Positions 46,889-56,781 of a stretch of DNA of 64,000 nucleotides are shown here, piece after piece (position 1 is the stretch's first letter; each line of letters begins with the position of its first letter). The notes beneath the pieces are model-generated. The model was given only the letters and a program-made list of their open reading frames with translations, did no database searches and was not told where the DNA came from. Source of the stretch: Candidatus Latescibacterota bacterium (GTDB lineage Bacteria > Latescibacterota > UBA2968 > GCA-2709665); assembly GCA_963667175.2 (NCBI GenBank), contig CAXXXF010000015.1, positions 416,001-480,000 of the forward strand. The letters run 5' to 3'. A program made the position numbers and the translations under genes.

Positions 46889-47965
46889 ATGCATAAACCT
46901 TTGAAACTCGCGGTCGTGGGCGTGGGCCGGATCGGCGTATTCCACGCCAGGCACGTGCAGGAACTGGGCGAAGCCGACGGGACCTGCGAACTGTCCGCCG
47001 TGGTGGACCGCTACGGCAGCACCGCGGAGACGGTTGCCCGGGAACTCCAGGAAAGCCAGGCAGCTGAAATCCACGCCTTCAGGAACACGTCCGACCTGGC
47101 AGACGCGGGTCTGATCGACGCGGCCGTGGTGGCTTCCAGGACCGAGGACCACGAAGCGGACGCGCGGACGCTGATCGACGCCGGCTGTCGCGTGATGCTG
47201 GAGAAACCGCTCGCCCACTCTGTCGAGTCCGCTTCCGACTTCGTCAGGTATCTGTCGCACGATAATACGAAAAAGCAAGCGCTCATGCAGGCCTTTATGA
47301 GGCGCTTCGACGAACCGCTATGCCATGCGAAAGACCTTCTGGACGGGAATACGATCGGCGCGCCGTTCAAGATCGTATCCGTCCTCGAAGACCCGCACCC
47401 TCCGCCGGTGGGCTACAACAGCCCCGGCATCCTGCCGGACATGGCCGTGCACAACGTCGACGAAGCGATCTGGCTTCTGGGCGCGAATCCGGTGCGCGCC
47501 AGCGCCATGGGCGCCAACCTGCATAACTACAGAATCACGACCGTGAAGGAAGACTTCGACGACGCTTTTCTCCAGCTGGCCTTTCCTGACGACGTGATCG
47601 CGCAGATCCAGGTAAGCAGAAACCACGTGGCGGGGTATCGCAACGAAACGTGGATCTACGGGCGGAGCGGCCTGATCCACGTGGGCCATTTCCAGGAAGA
47701 TCCAATACGGGTATCGGTGGAAGCGTACAACCGGGAGGGCGCCATCGAAAAGAAGGGCTTCCGGATGAGAGATTACGGCGGGGAAGTCCCCGTATTCATC
47801 GAACGCTTCGGACCGGCCTACAAGCGGGAACTCGCGTATTTCGTCGACCGGTGCCTGAGAGACGAGCCCTTCAGCGTGACCCAGGAGGCCGGCCTCCAGG
47901 CGATGCGTGTGGCCGACGCGGGAGTCCGGTCGCTGCGGGCCCCCACGACGGCGGTAACCATTTAA
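46889..47965 (+). CDS. Gfo/Idh/MocA oxidoreductase (inositol dehydrogenase-like)
   Basis: VVGVGRIG, EKPLA, FMRRFD, DMAVHNVD. Confidence 0.88.
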   Translation: MHKPLKLAVVGVGRIGVFHARHVQELGEADGTCELSAVVDRYGSTAETVARELQESQAAEIHAFRNTSDLADAGLIDAAVVASRTEDHEADARTLIDAGCRVMLEKPLAHSVESASDFVRYLSHDNTKKQALMQAFMRRFDEPLCHAKDLLDGNTIGAPFKIVSVLEDPHPPPVGYNSPGILPDMAVHNVDEAIWLLGANPVRASAMGANLHNYRITTVKEDFDDAFLQLAFPDDVIAQIQVSRNHVAGYRNETWIYGRSGLIHVGHFQEDPIRVSVEAYNREGAIEKKGFRMRDYGGEVPVFIERFGPAYKRELAYFVDRCLRDEPFSVTQEAGLQAMRVADAGVRSLRAPTTAVTI

Positions 47966-47989
47966 GCGAAACGCGAATCCGGCCATCCC

Positions 47990-49048
47990 TCACAACAGGG
48001 GGAAATCGACCCGGCAATTCCCGCCGTGATGCGACTTCAGGATCCCCATCATGATCTCAACCGTCTTGCGCGCCTCCCGCGCAGGCGAGACCAGATCGCC
48101 GCCTCCCTCCAGTACCCGGATCAGTTCCGCCACCGCGGCGGTCTGGTTTTCCATCGCGTATTTCCCGGACAGGATGGGCGACGCGGACGACTCGAAGTGC
48201 GACCTGCCCCGGATCAGGGTTGCGCCCTGGTCTGAAATCTCGATGCGTCCGTCCTCGCACGTCAGCGCGAATTTCGAACCGGGGAAATCCACCTTGTACG
48301 CGTTATAGAACGCCCTCACGCCGTTGTCGAACCGGATGTACGCCGACGCGTACGGATCGACCGCGGGATCTTTACCGCCGTCCCCCTTGTATTCGGTGAA
48401 ATGTTCGAACCCCTCTTCGAGTTCAGCCGCCAGCCACAGAGGATTGGCCTCGGCAAAGAAGCAGATCATGTCCAGCAGGTGGGTGCCGTTCCGGAACATC
48501 ATCGCCCTCCGGCTGAATTGCTCGCACACAACCGTGCGCAGCGGTCCGATCACTCCGCTGCGAATGATCTCACGCGCCCTGAGATAACTGGAGTTCCAGC
48601 GTCGGGTGTGTTCGATTGAAAGCAGTACGCCGTTGGCTTCGGCGGCGGCGATCATCCGGTCCGCGTCTTCCAGAGAGGTCGCGATCGGCTTCTCGCACAA
48701 TATGGCGCGCGCACCGCTCCGGGCGGCCGCCACGGTCATATCGGCGTGTACGTGGTCCGAGGTGGCCACGCTCACCAGGTCCGGATTCTCCGTCTCGAGC
48801 ATTTCCCGGTAGTCCGTATAGAGCCGCACGTCCGGCCACACGTCTCCCCACTGTGCCGTGAAGTCCGCCAGCGCCTCCTCCCGCAGGTCGCACACACCCA
48901 CCACTTCCGTTTGCGGATGCCGGTCGTAGGCCCCCGCGTGGGAGCCGGGCATGGCGCCGTACACCGGAAGCTGACCGTCTTCCTCGGGCCGCCTGGCGCC
49001 GATGCCGGTCAGGCCGATAATCACCGCACGGTACTCGGGTTTTGACAT
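47990..49048 (-). CDS. Gfo/Idh/MocA oxidoreductase
   Basis: IIGLTGIG, CEKPIA, HTRRW, NGTHLLD; GGGAGGG RBS before ATG 49048. Confidence 0.88.
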   Translation of the reverse strand: MSKPEYRAVIIGLTGIGARRPEEDGQLPVYGAMPGSHAGAYDRHPQTEVVGVCDLREEALADFTAQWGDVWPDVRLYTDYREMLETENPDLVSVATSDHVHADMTVAAARSGARAILCEKPIATSLEDADRMIAAAEANGVLLSIEHTRRWNSSYLRAREIIRSGVIGPLRTVVCEQFSRRAMMFRNGTHLLDMICFFAEANPLWLAAELEEGFEHFTEYKGDGGKDPAVDPYASAYIRFDNGVRAFYNAYKVDFPGSKFALTCEDGRIEISDQGATLIRGRSHFESSASPILSGKYAMENQTAAVAELIRVLEGGGDLVSPAREARKTVEIMMGILKSHHGGNCRVDFPLL

Positions 49049-49143
49049 GGTCGTTCCCTCCCTGGCGCGGCTTCGCGATGCCGGCGACGTCTCCGCGCCA
49101 ATGTGTTTACCGCGTTGTTGTGTAATGGACGACTGAGAAGACG

Positions 49144-49173
49144 GGCGATTCTTCGCTCCGCTCAGAATGACAT
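49144..49173 (-). repeat. TGTCATTCTGAGCGGAGCGAAGAATC-type REP-like motif
   Basis: Reverse complement reads TGTCATTCTGAGCGGAGCGAAGAATCGCCC; single copy in this window. Confidence 0.45.
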
Positions 49174-49198
49174 GTGTGCCGATCGTCTTCTTCAATAC

Positions 49199-49927
49199 CT
49201 ACTCCAGTTTCTCCAGCGCCTTTCTGGCCCCCTTGTGCTTTTCGTTCAATTTCAGAACCTGCCTGTACGCATCGCGGGCCAGATCCCGTTCTCCCTGGCG
49301 CGCGTATATACGGCCGAGCCTGTAGAGTCCGTTTATGCGTGCAATCTTCCATCGCGCCGGCTGTTGACGAAGATAGTTCGTCAGCGATTCCAGGCCCAGG
49401 TCCAGTTCCGTCCCGGTCAGGGCGGAGAACCTGCCGATCGCATAGAGCGCCTGGAGCCGATCTCCCGCGGCAGTGAGCGCATTCTCGAAGGTTTCTGCGC
49501 TCGGGTCTGAATCGGACGCCAGCGTTGCAAGAGAATCCATCGCCGCCTCCAGGCTGCGACGTGCGGCCTCGAACGCCTTTTCGTTTTCCTTCTCCAGTCG
49601 GTACAGGTTGCTCAATCGCCGCAGGACCGAACTATTGTCAGGAGAGGTTTGCAGAAAGGCCTCGTAGACCCGAATTGCGTCCTGGCGACGTTCATTGCGC
49701 AGGTAGAGAGACGCCAGGGAAATGACGGGGCGCACGTCGCCATTCGCCAATGCAACCGCCGCAAGATAGGCTTTCTCCCGTTTGTCCCGGGCCTTTTCTT
49801 TGGCGTGGATGAGACCCCACGCCAGATGACCTTCCATGGGATTCCGGGACGAGATCTCCTGCGCCTGTGCGCGAGCCTTTTCTCTGTCGCCTCCGAGAAT
49901 CCCCGGCGCGAAGAGGTGGTACTCCAT
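49199..49927 (-). CDS. TPR-like protein, probably 5'-truncated
   Basis: YRLGRIY...G....A...Y..VL.LN; no clear RBS; frame continues upstream as HIAARTKL and then meets a stop. Confidence 0.6.
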   Translation of the reverse strand: MEYHLFAPGILGGDREKARAQAQEISSRNPMEGHLAWGLIHAKEKARDKREKAYLAAVALANGDVRPVISLASLYLRNERRQDAIRVYEAFLQTSPDNSSVLRRLSNLYRLEKENEKAFEAARRSLEAAMDSLATLASDSDPSAETFENALTAAGDRLQALYAIGRFSALTGTELDLGLESLTNYLRQQPARWKIARINGLYRLGRIYARQGERDLARDAYRQVLKLNEKHKGARKALEKLE

Positions 49928-49990
49928 CAGCTTGGTCCGCGCGGCAATGTGAAATGAAGATTAACACGTGCCTTGCCAATTCACCGTCCC

Positions 49991-50053
49991 TCGTCTTCTC
50001 GTTCTTTCGTCTTCTCGTTCTTTCGTCCCCTCGTTCTTTCGTCTTCTCGCCTT
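49991..50053. repeat. 16-bp tandem repeat, 4 copies
   Basis: TCGTCTTCTCGTTCTT x2, TCGTCCCCTCGTTCTT, TCGTCTTCTCGCCTT. Confidence 0.8.
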
Positions 50054-51750
50054 CACGCCTGCTGCCACAGTCCGTGAAAGTCCGCGTACAGCGCGTGCCG
50101 GTCCAGCAGTTCGTCGTGATTGCCCACGTCGATGCCCGAACCGTCCATGACCAGCACCCTTTGCGCCCGCCGGGTGGCCGCCATGCGGTGCGCGACGACA
50201 ATCAGCGTGCAACCCAGCGCCATGAATGCCCGCTCCGCTCGTTCCTCGGCGGCGGGATCCAGGTGACAGGTGGCCTCGTCCAGCACGACAATAGGCGCCG
50301 CCGCCAGGTGCGACCGCACCAGGGTCACCAGTTGGCGTTCGCCCTCGGAAAGACCCGACTTCGCCAGGTTGACATCGGCGTCCAGGCCGCCAAGCCGGTC
50401 CAGTACACGATCCAGCCCCACGGCCGCGGCGGACACGGCGATCTCCTCGTCGGTTGCGGAGGGCCGCAGGTAAATCAGATTCTCTCGTAGAGAACCCGCG
50501 AAGACGTACGCCTCCTGCGGGACCATCGTGACCAGCCGCGGTCGATCCGGTCGCAGAAAGCAGGGCTGCGCGTCTACCGTGATCTTGCCGCTGTCGGGGC
50601 GCAGCACCCCGGCCATCAGAGCGGCCAGCGTGGACTTGCCGATCCCGCTCGGGCCGACAATGGCCAGGTGGTCGCCGTGAGCGACGTCCAGAGAAAATCC
50701 CCGGACGATCGGCTCGCCGGCGCCATACGCGAATGTCAGGTCGCGTATGGCCAATTCAGGCCGTCTATTCGCCTGGGACGGTTCGGAAGGAGCGTCAAAG
50801 GGCCGGTCGGCTGCCTCCCCGCCGGTTTCAAGCAGGCGCGCGTGGTAAACGCGAAGCGTCACCAGTCTGGCCAGCCCGTACGTGACGAAAGCCGTCGCGG
50901 CGGGCAGACCGGCAAGAAGGTAGGTGAATGAACCGACGACCTCTCCCGCGGTCAGTAGCTCGCCGCGGACCATGTACGGGACGAAGCCGAGACCCGTCAG
51001 CGCCGGAAACGTGGTCGCGATCGCGTTCACCAATCCGAATCCGACCGACTGATGGTCGCGATCCCTGAGCGACGCCCGGATGGTACGCTCAATCCGTTTT
51101 TCGACACGGTCCATGGCGAAACCCTTCGCGCCCGCCGCCACCAGGTCGCGCACCGACTGAAGCGCCCGGGTCGTTTCGCCATGGGTATCCTCTTCGGCGA
51201 GCATGGACGCCGTCTCGTTGCGGACTTTGCGGCGGACGACCACGATCTGCAGCACGGCGCCGATAACCAGCCACGGGAGAACGAGGGCCAGAAGCGTCCA
51301 CGACAGCGTCGCGAGTCCGACTGCCGAACCGATGGCGAAAAGACCGCTCGGGCCCAGGCGCAGGAAGTGCGCCAGCACGTCGACGAGCGCCGGCACGTGC
51401 TGGGTGAGTTCCGCTCCGGAACGCAGAACCCGGTCTGAGTAAACCGCGTCTCCAAGTGTGTGCCGAACGACGTCGCGGGTGAGGTCGAACCGCACCCGTG
51501 AAGTGAGGTTCGCCGTCCAGTGATAGAGACGCAGCAGCGACCAGACGCCCGCCCCACCCACGGCCAGAAGCCCGCCGATCCACGCCAGGGACGCTGTCAG
51601 GTCGCCCGCCCGCGCCGCATCCACGGCGCTGGCGATCAGACGTCCGGAGAGCGCCGGCGCGAGTGTCACCCCCACGCTGCACACGGCGATGCGAAACAGG
51701 CATCCGCGATGCCTCGATACGTAGCCGTATAACGGCCGGACGGGTGTCAT
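50053..51750 (-). CDS. ABC exporter (TMD+NBD), RamB/AmfA-like
   Basis: GPSGIGKST, PQEAYVF.GSLRENL, LSEGERQL, LDEATCHLDPAAE.RAERAF; ATGA overlap with the upstream gene. Confidence 0.85.
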   Translation of the reverse strand: MTPVRPLYGYVSRHRGCLFRIAVCSVGVTLAPALSGRLIASAVDAARAGDLTASLAWIGGLLAVGGAGVWSLLRLYHWTANLTSRVRFDLTRDVVRHTLGDAVYSDRVLRSGAELTQHVPALVDVLAHFLRLGPSGLFAIGSAVGLATLSWTLLALVLPWLVIGAVLQIVVVRRKVRNETASMLAEEDTHGETTRALQSVRDLVAAGAKGFAMDRVEKRIERTIRASLRDRDHQSVGFGLVNAIATTFPALTGLGFVPYMVRGELLTAGEVVGSFTYLLAGLPAATAFVTYGLARLVTLRVYHARLLETGGEAADRPFDAPSEPSQANRRPELAIRDLTFAYGAGEPIVRGFSLDVAHGDHLAIVGPSGIGKSTLAALMAGVLRPDSGKITVDAQPCFLRPDRPRLVTMVPQEAYVFAGSLRENLIYLRPSATDEEIAVSAAAVGLDRVLDRLGGLDADVNLAKSGLSEGERQLVTLVRSHLAAAPIVVLDEATCHLDPAAEERAERAFMALGCTLIVVAHRMAATRRAQRVLVMDGSGIDVGNHDELLDRHALYADFHGLWQQA

Positions 51751-53516
51751 GAAACCGCCTCCTGGGCCGGGTCGCCCTGAAACGCGGCGCGGTAGGCAGG
51801 GTCTCGCCACAGTTCGATATGCGGCGCCACACGCCGGACCTCGCCTCTGTAGAGCCAGGCGACGAGATCTGCCGCGGCAGCCGTACTCGCCCGGTGGGCG
51901 ATGACGACGGTCGTGCGTGAGGCGCCGAGCTTTCGCAGTGCGGCAAGGACGCGCGCCTCGGTAGCCACGTCCAGACTGCTGAGCGCGTCGTCCAGAATCA
52001 GAATGGGCGTATCCCTGAGCGCGGCCCTTGCGAGGCCCAGCCGCTGATGTTCGCCGCCGGACGTCGGCGCATCGCCAAGAGGTGTATCGTAGCCCTTCGG
52101 CAGACGTTCGATGAACGCATCCGCTTCGACGTACCCTGCGGCGGCCCGCACCTCCTCGCGCGTGGTTTCTGCGCCCAGCACGATCACGTCGCGGATCGTG
52201 TCGCCGAAGAGCGCGGGCCGCTCGAATGCGTAGCCCACCCGGCGCGAGAGCTCGTCGCGCGACATTTCGGCAACCGGCGTACCGTCGATGCGAATGAACC
52301 CGCTGTCCGGGTCCTGAAGCCGACCGATCAGCCCGGCAAGCGTGGTCTTGCCAACCCCTGATCTGCCGACCAGCGCAACCGTCTTTCCGGCGGGTACGCG
52401 GAGATCCACGTGCCGGAGAACCTCCCTTTCCGGCGCACCCAGAGATACGTCTTCGATCCTGACCTCGCCGGGCCCCTCGGCGCCGGACGCGGCCGACCGG
52501 GGTTCCGGAACCGCGGGCGGAGATCGGAGAACGGCCAGCGTCCGGGCCGCGTGGGCGCGAAAAAAGGCGATCTGGAACCAGCCGTTGTCCAACACGCCGG
52601 CGACGCTTGAATAGGTCATCTGGGCGTAACGGATCGCGGCCATCAGCGCGCCCACGGTCAGGTCGCCCGCCGCCAGGAGGCAAACGCCGGTGACCGCGCT
52701 AACCGTCAGAACGACGTGGTTGGCGCTTGTCACCGTCACCGCGCCGCGGCCGAAGCTCTCCAGGATCTCGCGCGTTTTGTCCGCCAGATCCGGAAGGGGC
52801 CGCGTGATCCGTTCGACTTCACGTTCCAGGGTCCCGGCCGCGCGTATCGTGCGCCTTCCCGCGAGGGCGCCGGTGTACGCGTTTGCCATTCGGCTGTTCA
52901 ATTCGTCGTGTGCGGTCTGTCCGGCGGTCAACGTACCCATCAGTCGACGCATGAGCAGGGTGACGGTCCCCACGCCGCCAAGCGCAACCGCGACAAACAC
53001 CCAGTGTACGTACAACAGCGCGACGAGGCTGCCCGCCGCCGTGAGGACTCCCGTGCCGATTCTCAACAGGGTCTCCGGGTACCGCGGCAGGTGCGTCGCC
53101 TCCTGCCGAATCCGGTTCTGCAGGTCTCCGTCGTCGAACGGCCGGCGGCCGGGCAGGCCGAGATCCAGCGCATGGTCGACCATTTCGCGCGTGAGCCGCC
53201 GTTCCGTGACGGCGCGGAATCTGGCCCGCGCGGGTTCGGCGACGATATCGACGATTACGGACAGGACCATCACCACCGACAGGCCCTTGAACCCCCAGCC
53301 GATGCGGCCGTCCACCGCCTCGTCGATAGCCAGTGCGGCCAGGGCCGGCGCGGCCAGACCCGCGCCGATGGCGAGCAGGCTGAGCAGGGCGTCCAGCGCG
53401 AACCAGTGCCACGCCCCCCGGGCATAGGGGCGCAGGAACGCCATCATTTCGATGATCCCCGGTACCGCCGGATCGGCATTCTTCCCGCGGTCCGTCTGAC
53501 GATTCCTTTCAGGCAT
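51747..53516 (-). CDS. ABC exporter (TMD+NBD), RamA/AmfB-like, degenerate motifs
   Basis: GRSGVGKT, AFERPALFG, TSGGEHQRLGLARA, ILDDALSSLD, AHRASTAA.AD. Confidence 0.85.
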   Translation of the reverse strand: MPERNRQTDRGKNADPAVPGIIEMMAFLRPYARGAWHWFALDALLSLLAIGAGLAAPALAALAIDEAVDGRIGWGFKGLSVVMVLSVIVDIVAEPARARFRAVTERRLTREMVDHALDLGLPGRRPFDDGDLQNRIRQEATHLPRYPETLLRIGTGVLTAAGSLVALLYVHWVFVAVALGGVGTVTLLMRRLMGTLTAGQTAHDELNSRMANAYTGALAGRRTIRAAGTLEREVERITRPLPDLADKTREILESFGRGAVTVTSANHVVLTVSAVTGVCLLAAGDLTVGALMAAIRYAQMTYSSVAGVLDNGWFQIAFFRAHAARTLAVLRSPPAVPEPRSAASGAEGPGEVRIEDVSLGAPEREVLRHVDLRVPAGKTVALVGRSGVGKTTLAGLIGRLQDPDSGFIRIDGTPVAEMSRDELSRRVGYAFERPALFGDTIRDVIVLGAETTREEVRAAAGYVEADAFIERLPKGYDTPLGDAPTSGGEHQRLGLARAALRDTPILILDDALSSLDVATEARVLAALRKLGASRTTVVIAHRASTAAAADLVAWLYRGEVRRVAPHIELWRDPAYRAAFQGDPAQEAVS

Positions 53517-53745
53517 TTCCGTATCACCATCCGTGAGTTAAAACCTCTCCCAACCCCTTTTCAAGAAACGGGAAGAACGAAGAACGAAAAAGGAAGAAGG
53601 GGAACGGGTTGGTCCTCGTGCGGTTTATACATAGCATCCCGAAAAAATGCCCGTCGGCGGACAAAGGTGGGGAACAGGCAAATGACGGATTATGCTGTGT
53701 GCACGCTGATATATTCAAATAAATCTTTTATTTTCATCTTTTTAC

Positions 53746-53920
53746 GCCCTTTTTCTTGCTTCGCCCAAGAAAAAGGGCCAAAAAGAAGGGCGCCGCTCAA
53801 ACGCCGCGGGGCTGCTTTTCCGCGAACCGCCTTCGTGGAGAGAACGGGCGCCGCTGCCCTGAAACCCTTGCGGGCGTTCCCAGATAGCGTTGCTGGACGG
53901 ACTCGCGCGGAAAAGCCCCC
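53746..53920. repeat. ~175-bp intergenic repeat, copy 2
   Basis: Shares both ends with 46277-46450. Confidence 0.7.
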
Positions 53921-54383
53921 ACGCCACCACCGTTCGCCTATAGGGACCACATGATGTTTGGAACGAAAATATCGCTAGCGATTGTGCGTTTACAAACCCC
54001 CCGCACCACCGCCAACCTACCCCCTTCACGAGTGAAGGGGAGAACTGTGATCCCGTCGCGGTATCCTGGTTGTCTCCCCCTTTCCTTTAGGAGAGGGGGC
54101 CGGGGGGAGAGGTCTGCGACCGTTATTTTCATGTCACTTCACGGCGTTAACGTTAACGGTTTTGCCTTTCGCTGTTTGCCGTTGCTTCTAGCTGAGTGCT
54201 GAGTGCTGCATTTCGCCGGCAGGGTATTTGGGGAGATGTGGATGTTGAATTTGATTTACGGCTTGTTGGTTTTCGATTTTGGTTCAAGCTGACTGCTGAA
54301 CGCTGACTGCTAATAGCTGTTTTTTCCCTTTGTGTTTTTGTGTGAGTTGATTCTTGCGTGGCAGTGGGGAGAGGTTCCTTAAT

Positions 54384-55547
54384 TCAATACATATGTATAG
54401 CCCCATCCGGTCCCTCGTAGCGGCGCGGGGGCAGGGCCTGGAACGGCCTCGACTTCACCAGATCCATATCCAGTTCCACCCCAAGCCCCGGGCGCCGCTC
54501 CAGTTCGCCGACGTCCACGTATCCGCCCGAAACGGGCACCCGCAGCGTCTGCGCGTCGTCGAACCACGGGCGCAGCCTGCAATGCTCGAGGATCTCGAAA
54601 TTCTGCATCGCGGCCGCCACGTGGGCCGCGGCCGCCAGCGCCACCGGCCCATACGGATTGTGCGGCGCGATCCCGATTCCGTACACCTCGGCGAAATGCG
54701 CCACCTTCATCAGTTCGCTGATGCCCCCCACGTGGCAGATATCCACCTGGCAAACGTCCACCGCCTGCCTTTCGAACCACTCCCGGCACTCCCACCGGGT
54801 GATCCAGCGCTCGCCCGCGGCAACCCGCATTCCCGGGAAGTCCCGTTTCAACCTGACGTACGGCTCAACCGTGCTCTGCTCGATGGGCTCTTCCACGAAG
54901 AGCATGTCCAGCGCCTGCAATTCCCGCATCAGGCGGTGCGCCGCCGCGGGCGAGAACACACCGCCGCAGTCGATCATCAGCGCCGCGTCCGGCCCCAGCG
55001 CCTCCCGCAGCCGGGTCATCTCTCTCACGGCCACGTCCACCTGCGCGTCCATATCGAACGGCGCGACCGCCGGACCGTGTCCGTGCTTGAACGCATCGAA
55101 GCCCTCCTCCAGGGCCTGCGCGGCGTGCGCCTCCAGCGAATCCAGCCCCAGGTCCGCCCGCGCGTAGCAGCGAACCCTGTTTCGAACCCTGCCGCCCAGC
55201 AGCCGGAACACGGGCTGTCCCGTCGCCTTTCCCGCGATGTCCCAGAGCGCCATGTCGATACCGCTGACCGCGCTGGTATGTACCACACCCCGTTTCCACC
55301 AGTAGTCGCGGTATCCCAGTTGCCAGACCTGCTCCACGTCCATTGGATTCATTCCCAGCAGCCTGGGTTTCAGCGCCGTTTCCACCTGCGCAGCGACGGC
55401 CATTTCGTGATGCTCCGTCGTGGCCTCGCCGACCCCCGTGATGCCCGCGTCCGTCTCCACCTCCACGAAGATCCAGTTCCGCCTGGGTGTATGGCCGTCC
55501 GCCGCCGGGATGTTCATGACGTGCGCCCTGATGTCCGCGATCCTCAT
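54384..55547 (-). CDS. Mandelate racemase/enolase-superfamily sugar-acid dehydratase (DgoD-like)
   Basis: GITGVGE, SGIDMALWDIAGK, LLGG.VR, FVEEP, AAGER, APHNP.GP. Confidence 0.9.
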   Translation of the reverse strand: MRIADIRAHVMNIPAADGHTPRRNWIFVEVETDAGITGVGEATTEHHEMAVAAQVETALKPRLLGMNPMDVEQVWQLGYRDYWWKRGVVHTSAVSGIDMALWDIAGKATGQPVFRLLGGRVRNRVRCYARADLGLDSLEAHAAQALEEGFDAFKHGHGPAVAPFDMDAQVDVAVREMTRLREALGPDAALMIDCGGVFSPAAAHRLMRELQALDMLFVEEPIEQSTVEPYVRLKRDFPGMRVAAGERWITRWECREWFERQAVDVCQVDICHVGGISELMKVAHFAEVYGIGIAPHNPYGPVALAAAAHVAAAMQNFEILEHCRLRPWFDDAQTLRVPVSGGYVDVGELERRPGLGVELDMDLVKSRPFQALPPRRYEGPDGAIHMY

Positions 55548-55550
55548 CCT

Positions 55551-56780
55551 TCAGCTCTCTTTCTCCATGAACGCCCCCTCCCTTCGGACCCGTTCGCACA
55601 CCCGGGCGAACGCTTCGGTCCCGTCGTCCTCCCAGACCTCGGAGTTCACGCCGCGGATGGACCCCTCCTCGAATCCGGTAAGCCGGCGCACGTCCGGAAT
55701 GCTCGGGGTGTACATCCTGTTTCCGCCGGGCAGGTAGAGCACGCCCACGTGTTTCGGCATCTCCGTGGGTCCCCCCGCCGCCAGGCGCGCGAGCTTCTCT
55801 TCGTCCACGTCGAACCCCAATCCCGGTCCCTCCGGCACCGGCGAACACCCCTCCTCGATATCGATGCGCTCCGTCGTAATGTCCTCCTCGTACTGATCGT
55901 CCAGATTGATCGAATGCCCCGCCGTTGGCAGCACGGCCCCCAGGTGCATGGCCAGCGCCTTCGTCAGGGTGCCCCCGGTGAGTTGCACCACCGCCTGCAC
56001 GTTTGCCTTTCCGTACGCGAAGCCGCGGAACAGCGCGTCTCCGAACCCGCCGCAATACTCGCCGATAATATAGGCGTCCGCCATGCCCATGATCATCTCC
56101 TGCAGCCCGCCCAGCGGGGGCAGGTGCATCACCAGGGGCACGTTGCACTGCGCCCGCAGCCGCCGCCAGCCGTCCACGTCGGTCAGCAGCAGCGGGTCTT
56201 CGATGAACCCCGTGATCCGCGACCGCTCAAGGGCTTTCACGATGGGCAGCACCGTCGCCATGGCCCGGTTGTGGTTCATATCCCACTGCATCAGGAATCC
56301 ATCCGGCGCCACGTCCTCCACCGCGCGTTGCTGTTCGAGCACGTCGAAGTGCTGGCAGGTATGCATCTTGAACAACGTATAGCCCTGGTCCACCGCGCGC
56401 AGGATCTCGTTGCTCAGGTCCTCGGGCGAGGCCGGCCGTGTCCAGGCCATCACCGGCACCCGGTCCCTGACCTTCTGTCCCATCAGCTTGTAGGCGGGGA
56501 TGCCCAGGTGCTTGCCCATCACGTCGTACAGCGCGCCTCCCAGGGCCAGGTGCAACGTCTCATGGTTGAGGAAGTCGAACGGATTCCGGTCGATCAGCTG
56601 CGCCACGCTCTCCTTCGGCGGCGCGGCCGACCGGTAGTCGCCGTAGCCCACGATCCCGTTGTCCGTGACCACTTTGAAAATGGTCCGCTGATCGATAGTG
56701 CGAAACCGCACCTTGTGATCCGCGTTGCGGGCCGCGAGTCCCGGGTTGATCGGGATGATTTCGATATCGACGATTTTCAT
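55551..56780 (-). CDS. Mandelate racemase/muconate-lactonizing enzyme family protein
   Basis: GIVGYGD, ALYDVMGK..GIPAYKLMG, FIEDP, VPEGPGLG. Confidence 0.85.
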   Translation of the reverse strand: MKIVDIEIIPINPGLAARNADHKVRFRTIDQRTIFKVVTDNGIVGYGDYRSAAPPKESVAQLIDRNPFDFLNHETLHLALGGALYDVMGKHLGIPAYKLMGQKVRDRVPVMAWTRPASPEDLSNEILRAVDQGYTLFKMHTCQHFDVLEQQRAVEDVAPDGFLMQWDMNHNRAMATVLPIVKALERSRITGFIEDPLLLTDVDGWRRLRAQCNVPLVMHLPPLGGLQEMIMGMADAYIIGEYCGGFGDALFRGFAYGKANVQAVVQLTGGTLTKALAMHLGAVLPTAGHSINLDDQYEEDITTERIDIEEGCSPVPEGPGLGFDVDEEKLARLAAGGPTEMPKHVGVLYLPGGNRMYTPSIPDVRRLTGFEEGSIRGVNSEVWEDDGTEAFARVCERVRREGAFMEKES

Positions 56781-56781
56781 C

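Noticed and set aside
51751-52683. N-terminal extension of the 876-aa ABC ORF
   Set aside because: Alternate frame over the upstream ABC gene; the ATGA overlap at 51747-51750 marks the real start.
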